Made by a program: the position numbers and the translations under genes. Below the pieces are notes generated by a model. The model did not search any database and was not told the origin of the DNA. It was given only the letters and a program-made list of their open reading frames with translations. A DNA stretch of 33,653 nucleotides from Octopus bimaculoides (lineage: Eukaryota), in assembly GCF_001194135.2 (NCBI RefSeq), contig NC_069002.1, forward strand, positions 22,844,148 to 22,877,800, written 5' to 3'. Of this stretch, positions 22,439 through 31,203 are shown one piece after another (positions within the stretch are counted from its first letter, which is position 1; each line of letters begins with the position of its first letter).

Positions 22439-23271
22439 NNNNNNNNNNNNNNNNNNNNNNNNNNNNNNNNNNNNNNNNNNNNNNNNNNNNNNNNNNNNNN
22501 NNNNNNNNNNNNNNNNNNNNNNNNNNNNNNNNNNNNNNNNNNNNNNNNNNNNNNNNNNNNNNNNNNNNNNNNNNNNNNNNNNNNNNNNNNNNNNNNNNNN
22601 NNNNNNNNNNNNNNNNNNNNNNNNNNNNNNNNNNNNNNNNNNNNNNNNNNNNNNNNNNNNNNNNNNNNNNNNNNNNNNNNNNNNNNNNNNNNNNNNNNNN
22701 NNNNNNNNNNNNNNNNNNNNNNNNNNNNNNNNNNNNNNNNNNNNNNNNNNNNNNNNNNNNNNNNNNNNNNNNNNNNNNNNNNNNNNNNNNNNNNNNNNNN
22801 NNNNNNNNNNNNNNNNNNNNNNNNNNNNNNNNNNNNNNNNNNNNNNNNNNNNNNNNNNNNNNNNNNNNNNNNNNNNNNNNNNNNNNNNNNNNNNNNNNNN
22901 NNNNNNNNNNNNNNNNNNNNNNNNNNNNNNNNNNNNNNNNNNNNNNNNNNNNNNNNNNNNNNNNNNNNNNNNNNNNNNNNNNNNNNNNNNNNNNNNNNNN
23001 NNNNNNNNNNNNNNNNNNNNNNNNNNNNNNNNNNNNNNNNNNNNNNNNNNNNNNNNNNNNNNNNNNNNNNNNNNNNNNNNNNNNNNNNNNNNNNNNNNNN
23101 NNNNNNNNNNNNNNNNNNNNNNNNNNNNNNNNNNNNNNNNNNNNNNNNNNNNNNNNNNNNNNNNNNNNNNNNNNNNNNNNNNNNNNNNNNNNNNNNNNNN
23201 NNNNNNNNNNNNNNNNNNNNNNNNNNNNNNNNNNNNNNNNNNNNNNNNNNNNNNNNNNNNNNNNNNNNNNN
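22439..23271. other. assembly gap
   Basis: Run of N. Confidence 1.
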
Positions 23272-24545
23272 ATATCAAAAACTTCCAGGACTAGTTCTGT
23301 AGCATGCCAATAGATGGCGACACACAGTTGCACGTGCAGTGATAGCTGCATGTGCAGTGACCCTCATGAGACAGTTGTGAAATTTGTGTCTTTGTGATCA
23401 TGTGTATGCTGTAGTCTGCGATTTTGTCATGGATAGGAACAAAGAGCCAATGTGAAATCTTGTATTAAACTTGGGAAGTCTGCTGCAAAGATATTGAGCA
23501 TGCTTTGGCAAACTTATGGCTTTGAGCCAATGGGTTGTATGCAATGTTTCCAATGACATGGGTGCTTCAAAACTGGAAAAACATCCCTGGAAGACAATGA
23601 GCAATCTAGAAGTCCTGCCATGAGCGTCACCCCCAGAAATGTGGAGAAAATTCATCAGGTTGTGCCTGAAGATTGTTGGAAGACAATCAATAGCATTTTG
23701 AAGCTTTTCTGGGAGGACATTCAGTAAAAGTGACCATATCTGTGGAGCATGAAGAATTGGATTCTTCACAATAACAATATACCCTATCACCAAGCTCTCT
23801 TCATCTGTGAGTTTCTCACCAAAAACAACATGGTACCACTTCTGCACCCACCCTATTCACCAGATTTAGCACCTGTGGACTTGTATCTCTTTCTCAAGAT
23901 GAAGATGCAGCCCAGAGGTTGCCATTTTAATGCCATTGTTGAGATCCAGAGCAAATTACATAAGATCCTCGATTTACTTATGGAAAACAACTTCCAAGCC
24001 AGACTCCAGAAGTGGCAGGAATCCTGGGACCAGTGTGTTGTTGTACAAAGGGACTATTTCGAAGGAGATGATTATTTACTTAAGTTAGAACTTAGGTAAA
24101 TAAGTAATTTTTTATTAAACATAACTAGTCTTTTACTTGTTTTAGTCATTTGACTGTGGCCATGCTGGAGCACCGCCTTTAGTCGAGCAAATTGACCCCA
24201 GAGCTTATTCTTTGTAATCCTAGTACTTATTCTGTTGGTCTCTTTTGCCGAACTGCTAAGTTACGGGGACGAAAACACACCAACATCGGTTGTCAAGCGA
24301 TGTTGGGGGACAGATACAGACACACAAATATATACACACATATACATATATATATACATATATGACGGGCTTCTTCCAGTTTCCGTCTACCAAATTCTCA
24401 AATCCACTCACAAGGCTTTGGTTGGCCCAAGGCTATAGGTGAAGACACTTGCCCAAAGTGTCATGCAGTGTGACTGGAGCTGGGACCATGTGGTTGGTAA
24501 GTGAGCTTCTTACCACACAGCTACTCCTGCGCCTTTTTTGATACT
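23272..24545 (+). mobile_element. internally deleted mariner; right TIR split by a SINE
   Basis: ORF 23749-24099 has WILHNNN..HPPYSPDLAPVDLYLF..WQESWDQCV....DYFEGD. The N-terminal HTH remnant lies at about 23430-23690. Left TIR atatcaaaaacttccaggactagtt; right TIR halves aactagtc (24123-24130) and ttttttgata (about 24534-24543) flank the SINE. Confidence 0.85.
24131..24533 (-). mobile_element. full-length tRNA-derived SINE with central microsatellite
   Basis: The minus strand starts ggcgcaggagtagctgtgtggtaagaagc (A-box-like), followed by gggcaagtgtcttcacctatagccttgggccaaccaaagccttgtgagtggatt, a (TA/CA)n tract and a tail ending gccacagtcaaatgactaaaac. Confidence 0.85.
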
Positions 24546-25029
24546 ACCCCAAAAAAAAAAAAAACTCAATGAATTTTGGTAATTAAATATCATTAGGAAT
24601 TGTAGAAAAAGATTGTTAAAATATTTGATGACTTGTAGAAATATATGCAATTTATGGCACATGAATTTTAACCACAAAATCTTATATGGACCCCAAAAGG
24701 GTCATGTGGACCCTGCTTGAGAACCAATGGTTTTGAGAGAAAGAAGAGGTGAGAGGGGACAGAGAAGAAGAAGACACTGAGAAGAGAAGAGAAAGTGCAA
24801 AAGGGGAAGAGACAGAAGAGAGAGAGAGAGAGAGGGGGAGGAGAGAGAAAGAAGAATTGAGAGTTGTGCTGGGCTGGTGCTATATTTGTTGCCTCCGAAA
24901 GAATGAAAGAGGGAGTTGACTTTGATAGATTTTGAAATCAGAGTGCATAAGGATGGAGTAAATACTACAAGGCACTGTGACTGATTTTCTAATCACTCTG
25001 CCAATTCACATATCATCTTTTACTTAGAC

Positions 25030-25150
25030 ATATGTGTGTATGTGTACATATGAATATCTATGTGTGTGTGTATTTATATATATATACACATACACACACA
25101 TGTGTATGTGTGTATATATGTGTACATATGTATATATATATGTATATATA

Positions 25151-25201
<51 letters not shown>

Positions 25202-25216
25202 ACACACATACATATA
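25030..25216. repeat. compound TG/TA/CA microsatellite
   Basis: Direct reading. Confidence 0.9.
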
Positions 25217-25722
25217 TTTCATTTCATTTGACCAGAAACATGCCCTCTAAAACTACAGCCAAGTCCTTGTTCTATTGTAAAATGTGACTCTGTGAATACT
25301 TTTTACATTTTCCCTCTCTTGTCACCATGTGCTCTTAAAGATCCTTCCTGTTGCATAAATGTTTGTCCGATAAATATGCTGACTGAGAATGTCTCGTGTA
25401 TAATCTCTTCTATGTCATGACACCTGTGCCTGTCCCTCAATCATACTTTAGCCTTTCAACATCTGACATAAAGCCACTTCCACTTTCTCCTCCGAAATAT
25501 TTCCTCTTAGTAATGAGAACTTTTACCCTTTATTTTTCCTCTGTTCATTTATGTCCTGCAAGTTGACATGGCAACCCCACTAGTGCTGGTGGTATGTAAA
25601 AAGTATCCAGTACATTCTATAAAGTGGTTGGCATTAGGAAGGACATTCAGCAGTAGAAACCATGCCAAAGATGAGATTGGAGCCTGACACAGCCTTGCAG
25701 CTCAATGGTTCTCTGTCAAACT

Positions 25723-26064
25723 ATCCACAGATATGGTCACTTTTGCTGAATGTCCTGCCTCAAACTGTCCAAAACATCATTGATTGTCTTCCAACAACCC
25801 TCATGCACAACCTGATGAATTTTCTCCATGTTTCTGCTGGTGATGCTCATGGAAGATCTTCCAGATTGCTCATTGTCTTCCAGATTGCTCATTGTCTTCC
25901 AGATTGCTCATTGTCTTCCAGATTGCTCATTGTCTTCCAGATNNNNNNNNNNTCTTCCACTTTTGAAGCACCGCCACCACTCAAAAGATTGCATACAACC
26001 CATTGCCTCAGAGCCAGAAGCTTGCCAAAGCATGCTCAATATCTTTGTAGCAAACTTCCCAAGT
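25723..26064 (-). mobile_element. TIR-less fragment of the same deleted mariner as 23272-24545
   Basis: Reverse complement of about 23470-23747 (aaacttgggaag..gatattgagcatgctttggcaa..gagaaaattcatcaggttgtg..ggacattcag.aaaagtgaccatatctgtgga). Confidence 0.85.
25857..25959. repeat. 19-bp perfect tandem repeat (tcttccagattgctcattg), at least 4.5 copies, next to a 10-N gap
   Basis: Units start at 25857, 25876, 25895, 25914 and 25933; N at 25943-25952. Confidence 0.92.
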
Positions 26065-26126
26065 TTCCAGCATAGAAAGCAGACATGAAATGATGATGAT
26101 GATGGTGATATAGATATTTATATGAT

Positions 26127-26173
26127 ATACACACACACACACACACACGCATGCACGCGCGCGCGCACACACA

Positions 26174-26225
<52 letters not shown>
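26127..26225. repeat. (CA)n with an embedded (CG)n tract
   Basis: acacacgcatgcacgcgcgcgcgcacacac. Confidence 0.95.
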
Positions 26226-26228
<3 letters not shown>

Positions 26229-26787
26229 CTTTTTTCCATTACTGTTTGAGGTATTCTTGGTCTGTGTGTGTGTAGGAAGTGTAACAATGCCTGGTTGTGG
26301 AATAAGAAAAGAAAAAATTGATGGTGAGTGCCAAAAACATATAAAGTCTGGAAAAGAGAGAGAATTTAGCTTGGTTTACTGAATGAAGAAGATTCACAGC
26401 TTATGAGATAAAATTCAATGTCTGTGAGTTAATTAAGAATGCAACCAAGCATGAAAAGTATGGAGTGATACTGCTGTAATGGATGTGTGTATTGTTGTGG
26501 ATCTGTGAAGAGGAATGGATTGTGATTGGAAGATGAAGAATATGTCTTTTAGTTGGGGATGTTATGTCTCAAGACTGAAAGTAAAACTAGCCACCAGAAA
26601 ACTTGCGAGATTCTGAGGTTAGATGGTACTTTGTTTAAAAGATATGTGATAACACAATGCTTGACTAAACTGTGTTGCTGATTCTGGTCAAAGAATTCTA
26701 CAGAAACACCTCAAAAAGAACATAAATCATGAACGATCCAGGTGAAACAAAAATCCAAATGACATCCAATTTTTATCTGGTGTTGTT

Positions 26788-27127
26788 TAACCCTGAGACA
26801 ACCCTGATTGAGAAAACATATAATGAGTAGTATTTCAGCCATGACCATCCTGTACATTTCTATATTTTTGACCAGTTTGTTCAATGTATTCTTCCTTTTT
26901 TAAACCTTTCATTACCATATTTAATTTGAGATGCTCTGTTTCTTTCAGTTAATTTTAGATATAACAAAGAATTTAGTAAAAGAACTTAGTTATCATTAAG
27001 TTTATGTTAGGAACATAAATTGTGACTAAGGTTTGGTGGAAGATTTTAAGGCAGAACTTTTGAAAACAAGACATTCGTACTACAGAGCCAGAGGTGGTTT
27101 CAGCCGGGTTGGTATCAAAAGGGTTAA
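26788..27127. mobile_element. possible piggyBac-like MITE
   Basis: Begins TTAA-CCCT and ends AAAAGGG-TTAA (27124-27127); TIR match beyond a few bases is poor. Confidence 0.4.
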
Positions 27128-27568
27128 ATTGATCAGCTGCTGTTCTTTCTAGCAAATTAAGGTTTCATCATTGTGATGGCGGTGTTACTGAAGAAGGTGT
27201 TTTTTCTTGTTTTTTTATGTTTTTTTATAGGTACAAGATCTAAAAAAAGGGGTTTGGAAGAAAGTGGAGCTTGTGCCAACTATGTAGAGACAGAACAGGT
27301 TAGTGACATTTAGTGTTTCTATTTTCATCTATCTTCATTTGCCTGTTTGTCTGTCTGTCTGGTAATCTGTCTGTCTGTTTGTCTGTCTATCTATTTATCC
27401 GTCTGTCTGTCGATTTATATATCAAACCTGAAAGGATGAAAGACAAAGTTGACTTCAATGGAAAATTGAGTGTACAGAGCCTGAATGAATACCAAATACA
27501 TTCATACATGTGTGTATATGTACATATGTGCATGTATATGTACATACATACATACATATATATATATA

Positions 27569-27611
<43 letters not shown>

Positions 27612-27811
27612 NNNNNNNNNNNNNNNNNNNNNNNNNNNNNNNNNNNNNNNNNNNNNNNNNNNNNNNNNNNNNNNNNNNNNNNNNNNNNNNNNNNNNNNNN
27701 NNNNNNNNNNNNNNNNNNNNNNNNNNNNNNNNNNNNNNNNNNNNNNNNNNNNNNNNNNNNNNNNNNNNNNNNNNNNNNNNNNNNNNNNNNNNNNNNNNNN
27801 NNNNNNNNNNN
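27612..27811. other. assembly gap
   Basis: Run of N between (TA)n and (TG)n. Confidence 1.
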
Positions 27812-28089
27812 TGTGTGTGTGTGTGTGTGTATACATGCACCAAGCTAAGTAAAATCATGGTTGTCCTTGCATATAGGCTTGTCCTCTGCATCCCTCTCCA
27901 GCTGAGCATTCCTAATCTTGTGGGCTTGTTGGTACTGGTGCCACATAAATGCACCCATGTTGGTGCTGCATAACGGTATCCAGCACACTCTGTAAAGTGG
28001 TTGGCATTAGGGAGGGCATCCAGCTGTAGAGACCAGGCCATAACATTATTTACATTTGACGGATATTTGTCCTCATCGTGTTTGTTGTT

Positions 28090-28135
28090 AACACAACGTT
28101 TCGGCTGATATACCCTCCAACCTTCATCAGGTGTC
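28090..28135 (-). ncRNA. minimal type I hammerhead ribozyme, core intact
   Basis: The minus strand reads GACAC CUGAUGA A GGUUG gaggguauau CAGCC GAAA CG UU GUGUU. Helix I is GACAC/GUGUU, helix II is GGUUG/CAGCC, helix III is the palindromic ACGU, and the cleavage triplet is GUU. This matches the minimal hammerheads described for Penelope-like elements. Activity is untested. Confidence 0.85.
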
Positions 28136-28193
28136 TTGGGGAAATTTTGAACCTGGGTTCTCATTCCTAAGATATTTTTCAATGTCATTATCA

Positions 28194-28246
<53 letters not shown>

Positions 28247-28290
28247 TTTCAGGTCACTGCCTGGAATCGAACTATACACCATATGTTCAT

Positions 28291-28365
28291 GGGCATATGG
28301 TGTAGTGGTTAAGAGCTCGGACTACTAACCCCAAGATTCCGAGTTTGATTCCAGGCAGTGACCTG
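28291..28365 (+). promoter_or_regulatory. tRNA-derived Pol III internal promoter (SINE head)
   Basis: A-box TGGTGTAGTGG (28298-28308) and B-box GTTTGATTCC (28343-28352). The AAGATTCC.AGTT.GATTCCAGGC segment resembles eukaryotic tRNA-Arg(ACG) from memory, but the loop reads CTACTAA and the acceptor stem does not pair. Confidence 0.75.
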
Positions 28366-28372
28366 AAAAATG

Positions 28373-28409
<37 letters not shown>

Positions 28410-28470
28410 TAAAAATAATGACATCGAAAAATACCTTAGGAACGAGAAACTAGGTTTGAAATTTCCCCAA

Positions 28471-28513
28471 GACACCTGATGAAGGCTGGAGGGTATATCA
28501 GCCGAAACGTGTT
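28471..28513 (+). ncRNA. hammerhead ribozyme motif with a 3-nt deletion at the cleavage site/helix I
   Basis: GACAC CTGATGA A GGCTG gagggtatat CAGCC GAAA CGT GTT; perfect core and helix II, but TGT is missing relative to the left arm. Confidence 0.78.
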
Positions 28514-28730
28514 AACAACAAACAAGATGAGGACAAATATCCGTCAAGTGTAAATAATGTAAATAATGTACATAATTCCTCATCTTTTAAATATAGAACT
28601 GTACTATGCCATAACAGTTAGAGCTTGGGCAGCTCTTCAGCTGGCCAGTTCCTGTTAAACTGTCTAACCCATACCAGCATGGGAAACGGACGTTAAATGA
28701 TGATGATGATGATGATATAATCATCGATGC

Positions 28731-28917
28731 TTAACCCTTTAGCATTCAAATTACTCCGTCAAATGTAATATTTATTCACATTGTTTCAAATTAATCACGT
28801 ATTGTCTCATAGCTTTGAGATTTCAGTGATGTTACTTTAGAATGACAGTGTAGGGTAGGTACAAAACAAGTGGGACATTTTGGCCTGGTCTGGCCAGTTT
28901 AAATGTTAAAGGGTTAA
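28731..28917. mobile_element. piggyBac-like MITE
   Basis: TTAA (28731-28734) followed by ccctttagcattcaaa, ending tttaaatgttaaaggg followed by TTAA (28914-28917). The 16-bp TIR has 2 mismatches; CCC termini and a TTAA TSD are piggyBac hallmarks. Confidence 0.82.
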
Positions 28918-28919
28918 CA

Positions 28920-29408
28920 TAGGCTTTCCATGCTGGCATGGGTTGGATGGTTTGGCAAGTAACCAGTGAACTGCAGAGCTGTGTCCTGTTCCACTGTCAT
29001 CTTTGGCATGGTTGCTACAGAGTGTACTGGGTGTGTTTTGGGCATATGTTGGGCAAGAGTTATCTGTTATAAACCTAAGCTGATCAAAGCCTTGTGGGTG
29101 GATTTGGTTGATGGAAACTGGAAGAAGCCCATTGTGTGTGTTTGTCTTTGTGAGTGTGTGTGCATTTGTATGTATCCTTGTCTAGACATCATGTGATGGT
29201 CACAATCATCTGTCACCACCATACAAGTGACATCGCTTGTTTCCATCTGTCTGTGAAGACCACATCTGGTCTTTGTTTCCATGGAAACAAGTGAAGGTTG
29301 GGGAGAGGAAGGGTATATGGTTTTTGAAAGTCTTCTTAACAAATTCCATCTGACCTATGCAAGCATGGAAAAATAGATGTTAAAAGGATGATGATGGTGA
29401 TGATGACA
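28920..29408. mobile_element. two SINE remnants (RTE-tail fragment on minus; SINE body with (ATG)n tail on plus)
   Basis: ttccatgctggcatgggttggatgg at about 28926; gggcaagagttatctgttata..caaagccttgtgggtggatttggttgatggaaactggaagaagccc at about 29050; tail gcaagcatggaaaaatagatgttaaaaggatgatgatg. Confidence 0.7.
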
Positions 29409-29589
29409 ATATACATGGTCAGAAGCTTTGTTGATGTCAAAGTCAACAACAAGACAAGAGTCTGTGTCTGGTAGATCCGATGTGACAGAGTCGCTTGTTT
29501 ACAACTGTATGTTACTAGAATAGGAAGGTTTTTTATTATCTTTAATTTGCAATGTTATTGAAGTTTTCTGTTTTTACATGATTTCATCA

Positions 29590-29953
29590 ATAAACTTCAT
29601 TTGTATTTATCCTCACCTTGTGTACGTGCAGTGATTCCAATATCCTGCAGTATTCTATTCTCTCAACTGTGACATTCCTTTAATAACTGCTTCCTGTACC
29701 ATTAAGCTGTTCTATCCATCCACATAGCTCTTTCCAACATCCTTTCTTGCTTCCTTATTATTCTGTGGATGAGCAGGTTGCCACTGATCAGGAATTTATG
29801 ACTTTGGTAAACATGTTATTGGTCTGTGGTTCTGATAGTCTGCGATGGTTTTGTTTTTACAAATTAATATTGTTTTCCTCCTGGCTATTTTGATTCCCAT
29901 CTCTTTAGTAATTCTTTGAACACTGCCATTCTAACACGCACACATGCACGCGC

Positions 29954-29986
<33 letters not shown>

Positions 29987-30680
29987 GAGTAATGAAGTAA
30001 TTTAAGTTGAGACCGTTGGCTATTAATTTCTAGCTGCTAGAAATTAATAGCCATCGATATTTTGGTAAATTTCCTGCCAGTTATGTTTGGCCCATATTTG
30101 TGGTGTTGCTGCTGTGTTTTCCTTTCCACCCCTCCCCTCAAATCCATTGTGTTATCCTTATTGTCTTGGATATTTTGCTTCCATATAATCTTCTACCATA
30201 ATTGGATTTTTATTGTTGTTGCTCTATTTTCCATTCCAGTGTTCTGCTTATTGAGATCTGACCAGCATATTTTAGTATTTGTTTAAAATTTCTGTTTCTG
30301 ATAGAAAAAGAAACATTTTTCTCAAAGAATCCATTCTCAAATATTCACCTTTATTTCTTTTCGCTTCCAATCGTTTCTGTTTTGTAGTTTTATATTTTTA
30401 AAATGGATCCCCATTCACTCTTTTGCATATTCCATATTTTACTGTTAATTAATTTCTGGTCAGTTCCTCCTGTTTCTTCAGTGATTCTAGAAGATTCTCC
30501 TAATTGTTAAATCTATCAATTCTATTCTAATCTTTGTTATTTTCTGCTATTGTTTGCTCTCTTTTATTTTTTTGAGATATTTAAAAAAATTGAGAATATA
30601 TTATTGTTGACGTTGAATAGCTAAAGAATTGCTTTCATGTCATCTATTGGAATTCTCTTCCTTCTGGAGTTTTGATATTC
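29590..30680 (-). pseudogene. highly decayed R4/Dong-like non-LTR retrotransposon ORF fragment
   Basis: The minus strand gives NHRPITCLP (about 29805-29830), with upstream traces such as KQKRLEAK and KF*TNTKICWSDLN resembling the pre-RT region of RLE-type elements; many stops. Confidence 0.45.
30017..30053. repeat. perfect 18-bp inverted repeat around one base
   Basis: tggctattaatttctagc-t-gctagaaattaatagcca. Confidence 0.95.
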
Positions 30681-31203
30681 TTGTCGTTTAACACCAGGTC
30701 AGCCTGGATCAACCAGATTTATGATAAAGTACATTCCAGCTGTTATCACACATTCTTTTCATTAGACTAGTCACATTTAAGACTACATTATATATTCTTC
30801 TCTTTTGTCTTTTAAGACAATAAGATGTAATTTACAAGAAATTTAGCTGCTATTTCTAACAGATCAAGAAACCACTTTAAGGCTCCTCTATTGGCTCGTT
30901 CTCCCTTGATGAATCCCTATTCTTTACTGAGTTATGGATTACCTCCCTTGTGTCATCTGGTCTGTTATGATGACCAGTCTCTCCTTTGTGCAGTCAATTC
31001 TGTTGTATTATTTCCACATGGTTCCCAGAGGTAAACTATTTCCCATGATACCATTTCTATTATAAAATTCCCTGCCATTTCCCTCAAATTCTGCCATCCT
31101 GTTACTGCTGCTTTCCCTGTGGAAACTTGTATGTTTGTTGCTTGTGTTAATATTCTATTCCCAGCTTGAGTTCTCTGTGATGTCTCCCATTTAACTCCAC
31201 TAC

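Larger units (their letters stand above)
25580..26105 (+). mobile_element. RTE-tail SINE interrupted by a mariner fragment
   Basis: aaagtggttggcattaggaaggacattcagcagtagaaaccatgcc..tcaaactatcca (to about 25726) resumes as ccagcatagaaagcagacatgaaatgatgatgatg after about 26065. Confidence 0.75.
28046..28607. mobile_element. palindromic (head-to-head) tRNA-SINE/hammerhead element, 9-bp TSD
   Basis: TSD gccataaca at 28037-28045 and 28608-28616. Left arm 28043-28272 is the reverse complement of the right arm (tail, (AAT)n, B-box). The centre is an 11-bp stem, 28275-28285 with 28294-28304. Confidence 0.92.
27900..28716 (+). mobile_element. RTE-tail SINE split by the palindromic element
   Basis: ctctgtaaagtggttggcattagggagggcatccagctgtagagaccag-gccataaca, then the insertion, then gccataaca-gttagagc..aacccataccagcatgggaaacggacgttaaatgatgatg. 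Confidence 0.82.

Noticed and set aside
25812-25818. CTGATGA as a further hammerhead
   Set aside because: It lies within mariner coding remnant, with no stem-GAAA-NUH downstream.
25857-25959. CRISPR-like array (also considered for 10275-10440 and 31605-31810)
   Set aside because: Units are contiguous with no unique spacers, there are no cas genes, and the context is eukaryotic.
26560-26715. Met-less open frame VSVEFFDQNQQHSLVKHCVITYLLNK.. on minus
   Set aside because: About 50 codons, unrecognised, with a weak acceptor and no in-frame donor identified; compatible with chance.
8768-27973. Long ORFs in the track that span N-gaps (e.g. 13075-14232, 22053-23294, 27502-28194)
   Set aside because: They are open only because N codons are not stops; flanks are microsatellite or SINE sequence.
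28291-28365. Functional tRNA gene
   Set aside because: The acceptor stem does not pair, the anticodon stem is weak, and it is embedded in a TSD-flanked repeat; treated as a SINE head.
29408-29510. Short exon bounded by a GTATGT donor
   Set aside because: No polypyrimidine acceptor on plus, and it directly follows a SINE (ATG)n tail; not supportable.
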